DNA of 64,000 bases, from NCBI GenBank assembly GCA_050952085.1, contig JBMNKH010000003.1, positions 38,626-102,625 of the forward strand, read 5' to 3'. Each line of letters begins with the position of its first letter. The stretch's first letter is position 1. The position numbers and the translations under genes were made by a program. Positions 60,168 to 64,000 of the stretch are shown piece by piece. The notes beneath the pieces were generated by a model, which saw only the letters and a list, made by a program, of their open reading frames with translations, was not told the origin of the DNA and searched no databases. This DNA is from Bacillota bacterium. Lineage in GTDB: Bacteria; Bacillota; Sulfobacillia; Fermentithermobacillales; Fermentithermobacillaceae.

Positions 60168-60983
60168 ATGGTGGAACAGGGAATTAGCGCAAACTCACCC
60201 ATCGGTGTGTTTGATTCAGGTACAGGCGGCCTTACGGTAGTGAGACAGCTCCGGAGACTCCTCCCAAACGAGAGCGTGCTTTATTTTGCCGACACAGGAA
60301 GGCTGCCTTATGGAACAAAGCCTCAATCGCAAGTCCGCGAGTTTTCCCTTGAGATCGCAGGGTTTCTCCAAAATAGGGGAGCCAAGGCTATCATAATAGC
60401 GTGCAATACTGCCACTGCTGCAGCGCTTTCTGCAATAGAAGAAAGGTTCCCTGGCCCGGTAATCGGGGTTATCAGGCCGGGTGCCCAATCTGCTATTGCT
60501 GCTGCAGGCGTAGACGGCAGGATCGGGCTTATAGCTACAGACGGTACGGTAAGTAGTGGTGTATATGACAGAGAACTTGCAGACCTTGGCCTGAGAAACG
60601 AGCTTGTGAAACAAGGGTGTCCTGATTTTGTGACCTTGGTTGAATCCGGGCTGAAGGATAAGGCTGCGGTGCAAGACGCTGTCAAGAGGTACACCGAGAT
60701 TTTCCGCAACCCGCCTATTGATGCACTGATACTAGGCTGCACTCATTTCCCGCTGCTTAACGAGTATCTTGCCCAAGAGTTGCCTGGGGTGAAGTTGATC
60801 GATCCTGCGATTCAGACAGCGGACAATCTGAAACAGATGTTGGAGGAAAGAGGCCTACTGGCAGATCTGGCTTCCGAAGCTGAATACAGGTTCTTCTGTT
60901 CAGGAGATGCCGGTACTTTCAAGAAGAATCTGCTTAGGGTGCTTGGTCGGGATGATTACCCTGTTGAGCATGTAGCTTGGTGA
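60168..60983 (+). CDS. murI: Glutamate racemase
   Basis: PIGVFDSG.GGLTV, PYG.K, ACNTA, LGCTHFP. Confidence 0.96.
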   Translation: MVEQGISANSPIGVFDSGTGGLTVVRQLRRLLPNESVLYFADTGRLPYGTKPQSQVREFSLEIAGFLQNRGAKAIIIACNTATAAALSAIEERFPGPVIGVIRPGAQSAIAAAGVDGRIGLIATDGTVSSGVYDRELADLGLRNELVKQGCPDFVTLVESGLKDKAAVQDAVKRYTEIFRNPPIDALILGCTHFPLLNEYLAQELPGVKLIDPAIQTADNLKQMLEERGLLADLASEAEYRFFCSGDAGTFKKNLLRVLGRDDYPVEHVAW

Positions 60984-61039
60984 TTTTGTCGCGAGACGAG
61001 ACTGTACCCCAATTGTTCGGGCTTTCTGTTGATTTTCTA

Positions 61040-61113
61040 TTGACAAATACTACCGCTGTGTGCCATTATTAGACCAAGTGGTCTAGACCAAGCGGTCTAG
61101 ACGGGATGGTCCA
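61040..61113 (+). promoter_or_regulatory. Promoter plus three overlapping TetR-type operators
   Basis: TTGACA-18 bp-CATTAT with TG; TAGACC-N4-GGTCTA at 61070 and 61084, degenerate copy at 61098. Confidence 0.75.
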
Positions 61114-61207
61114 ATAGAAGATCAGCATATTCGCAGTAAGGTATATGTCCGTTTAGGGGGCTGCTAGCCTTACAGCTTTACCGGGCGAAACAGGCCATCA
61201 TCATCCT

Positions 61208-61855
61208 ATGAAAGGTGTTCCATTCCAGGTGAGAAAGAATTTCGATTACTCTGCACTTCTAGGTGAGGGCAACCCGCTATTGCGTTATCCCCGGCTGCTG
61301 GAAGCAGCTATTGATGAGTTTGCCATGAGGAGATACGAAGATGCATCGCTAAATGACATCTTAAAGAAATCGGGGATGAGCAAGGGGAGTTTGTACCATC
61401 ACTTCGGTGATAAGTTTGGGCTTTACTTGGCCATGATGGATATCATTGTGCAAAAGAAGATTTCGTACTTCTATCCTCTCATGAGTGAAAAACTTGACAC
61501 CGGTGATTTCTTCGGCACCCTCAAGCAAGTCATGAAAGCTACTTTGGAATTCATGCTAGCTGACGAGCGCATGCATCACCTTTCTGTCAGGGTCATGGAG
61601 GAAAACCTTGAATTTCGCCAACAGGTGTTCGATTTCTTTGTGCATGACTACTTCCAAATCTTCAGTCAATACATCCATCAGGCGATGGAATCAGGGCAGA
61701 TTGACACAGTTTATCCTCCTGAACTTGTGGCCAAGTTCATCGAGATTGTGTTGGCTAATCTCGACAAGCTAGCCACCAGTGGAGATCCTGATAAACGGCT
61801 GGAAACTGCCAACCAGGTGGTTGACATAATCCAACATGGGATTTCGAGCAAGTAG
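61208..61855 (+). CDS. TetR/AcrR-family regulator
   Basis: LLEAAIDEFA...Y..AS.N.I....G.SKG.LY.HF..K. Confidence 0.93.
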   Translation: MKGVPFQVRKNFDYSALLGEGNPLLRYPRLLEAAIDEFAMRRYEDASLNDILKKSGMSKGSLYHHFGDKFGLYLAMMDIIVQKKISYFYPLMSEKLDTGDFFGTLKQVMKATLEFMLADERMHHLSVRVMEENLEFRQQVFDFFVHDYFQIFSQYIHQAMESGQIDTVYPPELVAKFIEIVLANLDKLATSGDPDKRLETANQVVDIIQHGISSK

Positions 61856-61944
61856 CCTACCGGTTCCATGCTGGCAGTTTCCTTGCAGATAGCATAGATA
61901 TCTGACCGGAGGTTTCCGGAGAGCGACAGGAAGGAGGAAAAACC

Positions 61945-62805
61945 ATGGGAGTTGCTTTCAAGGTGGAAGACTTGCGTTTTAGGTATCCATCATCCAAAGA
62001 GGACACTATCAAAGGAATAACTTTTGATGTCCTGGAAGGCGAAGTATTCGGGCTTCTGGGTCCCTCGGGCGCAGGGAAGTCCACAACCCAGAAAATACTG
62101 ATAAAGCTGCTTGATGACTATACGGGCAGTATCGAATATTTCGGCAAAAACCTCAAGTCCCTGGACAACTCATTTTATGAGGAGATCGGTGTCGGGTTCG
62201 AAGTTCCCGTGCATTTCTCGAAATTGACCGCTTTGGAGAACATGAAGTTTTTCTCAGGGTTTTACAGGCAAACCGTAGATATTCAAGGACTGATGGAAAG
62301 GGTCGGACTTTGGGAGTATCGTGATGTCAAGGTAGGCGAGTATTCCAAAGGTATGAAGGTGCGCCTGAACTTCGTTCGCGCCCTGCTCAACAAGCCGCGG
62401 GTTCTTTTCCTTGACGAGGTGACAAACGGGGTTGATCCAAAGAACGCCAGGATAATCAAGGACATGATAGCCGAGTTCAGGGCTAAGGGCGGCACTGTTT
62501 TCTTGACCACCCATCTGATGAATGATGTTGAGGAACTATGCGACCGGATTGCCTTTTGTGTAAACAGCAGGCTGGTGGAGATTTCAACCCCCAGGGACTT
62601 GAAGCTGCAATACGGCAAACGGGAAGTTAAGGTTGAGTACAGAAAAAACGGGGCCATTGCAAGCGCCGTGTTTCCCCTGGATGGGATAGGGTTCAACGAT
62701 GCATTCCAGAGATTACTGCAAACCGAGGAGATAGAGACCATCCACACTGGAGAATCGTCCATGGAGGAGATCTTCATCCTCGTGACAGGGGTTGAGGTGA
62801 AATGA
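61945..62805 (+). CDS. ABC exporter ATP-binding protein
   Basis: GPSGAGKSTTQK, YSKGM, FLDE.T.G.DP, TTH.M. Confidence 0.95.
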   Translation: MGVAFKVEDLRFRYPSSKEDTIKGITFDVLEGEVFGLLGPSGAGKSTTQKILIKLLDDYTGSIEYFGKNLKSLDNSFYEEIGVGFEVPVHFSKLTALENMKFFSGFYRQTVDIQGLMERVGLWEYRDVKVGEYSKGMKVRLNFVRALLNKPRVLFLDEVTNGVDPKNARIIKDMIAEFRAKGGTVFLTTHLMNDVEELCDRIAFCVNSRLVEISTPRDLKLQYGKREVKVEYRKNGAIASAVFPLDGIGFNDAFQRLLQTEEIETIHTGESSMEEIFILVTGVEVK

Positions 62806-63518
62806 GCAGTCAGGCAAGACTTGTTGCAGGCGAACTCAAGCGGCTGGCGAAGTACAACATATTACCCGTCAGTCTGGCAACTGCAATTATTTGGGTAGTA
62901 CTGTTCTTGTTTCTCTCCGAACAGGAAGCACGTGAAATCACCCCGCTTCTCATATTTGTTGACGTAGCAGCCATGTCCATATTGCTGCTTGGTGCTTCAC
63001 ATCATCTTGAGAAGCAGGAAGGCACAATCAAGACAATGATGGTGATGCCAGTATCCACCGGCCAGATACTGGCTGCCAAGACAGTTGCGTCTATGGTACT
63101 CGCCGTTGAATCGGCTGTGCCACATCTGCTACCCTGTTTTTCATTCATGGGGTTACTTTCAACTATGCTTTGCTTCTGCTGTTTGTTGCCATAGGCGGTG
63201 TGGCACATGCGGCAATCGGCTTTGTTCTTTCGCTAAGAAGCAGGGACTTCACCTCCATGTTGGGTTTGCTCATGGCATACATGTTTGTGTTTACGATACC
63301 TTCGATCTTGTTTGGCTTCGGCGTAATCGATGCTAAGCACGAGTGGATGCTTATGATTTCACCGTCCCATTCTGCCGGCCATCTGATTGGATCTGCAGTG
63401 AGCGGCGACTTCAAGACCGGCATGACGATTGCAGGATGCGGGTATCTGAGTTCTGGCCTCTGTGCTTTTCAAGTTTGCTGTGTATCCCATGTTTAAGGAC
63501 AATGCGGTAGGGGGGTGA
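62802..63518 (+). CDS. ABC exporter permease carrying two frameshifts (~63120, ~63449)
   Basis: LEK.EGT...M.V.P.....L.AK; hydrophobic sequence continues across three frames and ends YPMFKDNAVGG. Confidence 0.75.
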
Positions 63519-63524
63519 TTTGAC

Positions 63525-64000
63525 GTGAGCAAGTACCTGCCATTACTGAAGTACGAGGCTAGTGCCATTGCCCGGGATCCCATAAACCTGTACATGTGTT
63601 TGTTTCCGGTTATCATGCTGCTCCTGTCATCATTTGTGTTTCCGATGATATTTGAGTCAATCGACCCAGCGCAGGAGATCGCGCTGAAGGTAACAACGCT
63701 CTTGCTGCTTGTGGCGATACTGGTCTTTGGGACGTTTTTTCTTGCTGCTATGGCCACTTTCCTTCTGGTTGAGCAAAAGGATGAACACACGCTGAATACC
63801 ATTGCCGTTACCCCGGTGGGGGCTTCCGGCTATCTTAAATTCAAGATGACGTATCTCTATCTAATGTCAGTTGCCGGTATCATAGTAGTCCTCCTGGGGA
63901 CGAAGCTGATTGCCGGTGACAAATACACAATACTGGGCACACCGGTTTTCGACAACCTAGGCATTTCTCATATTGTCTCCTTTGCATTAGTCAGTGGGCT
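63525..64000 (+). CDS. Second ABC exporter permease (runs off the window)
   Basis: GTG start MSKYLPLLKYE...RDP; EQKDE.TL..IAVTP....GYL.FK; open to the window end. Confidence 0.85.
   Translation, partial: MSKYLPLLKYEASAIARDPINLYMCLFPVIMLLLSSFVFPMIFESIDPAQEIALKVTTLLLLVAILVFGTFFLAAMATFLLVEQKDEHTLNTIAVTPVGASGYLKFKMTYLYLMSVAGIIVVLLGTKLIAGDKYTILGTPVFDNLGISHIVSFALVSG

Overview
Bacterial chromosomal segment of roughly 50% GC. The gene content, tmRNA tag and SD/sigma70 signals point to an anaerobic Bacillota (Firmicutes) organism; this is inference. 1-10 kb is core genome: gpmI-eno-secG-hppA-HD-smpB-ssrA, then marR-DUF2179-rph-rdgB-phosphoesterase and tRNA-Pro(TGG). ~10-18 kb is a decayed island after the tRNA, ending in an AT-rich tyrosine-recombinase remnant. 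18-64 kb is an accessory region dominated by peptide and amino-acid scavenging enzymes (serine hydrolases, P5C dehydrogenase, UrdA-like flavoprotein, D-aminoacylase, M28/M14/ASTE/M20 hydrolases, racemases, DUF1177) plus four ABC exporters. Two signals stand out. (1) A cas-less array of ten 23-bp palindromes (AATGGTGCA-N5-TGCACCATT) with unrelated 30-bp spacers at a strict 53-bp period (9308-9806); a 2-unit copy with the same period lies at 38301-38376. (2) Two diverged paralogous copies of an uncharacterised four-gene, ATPase-less membrane cassette headed by a DUF6754-like protein (40247-43112 and 54649-57637). It is a candidate new multi-subunit peptide/amino-acid transporter, and the first copy appears to be under PucR-family control. 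Several single-base frameshifts may be sequencing errors. All family assignments come from motif recognition by eye; no searches were run.
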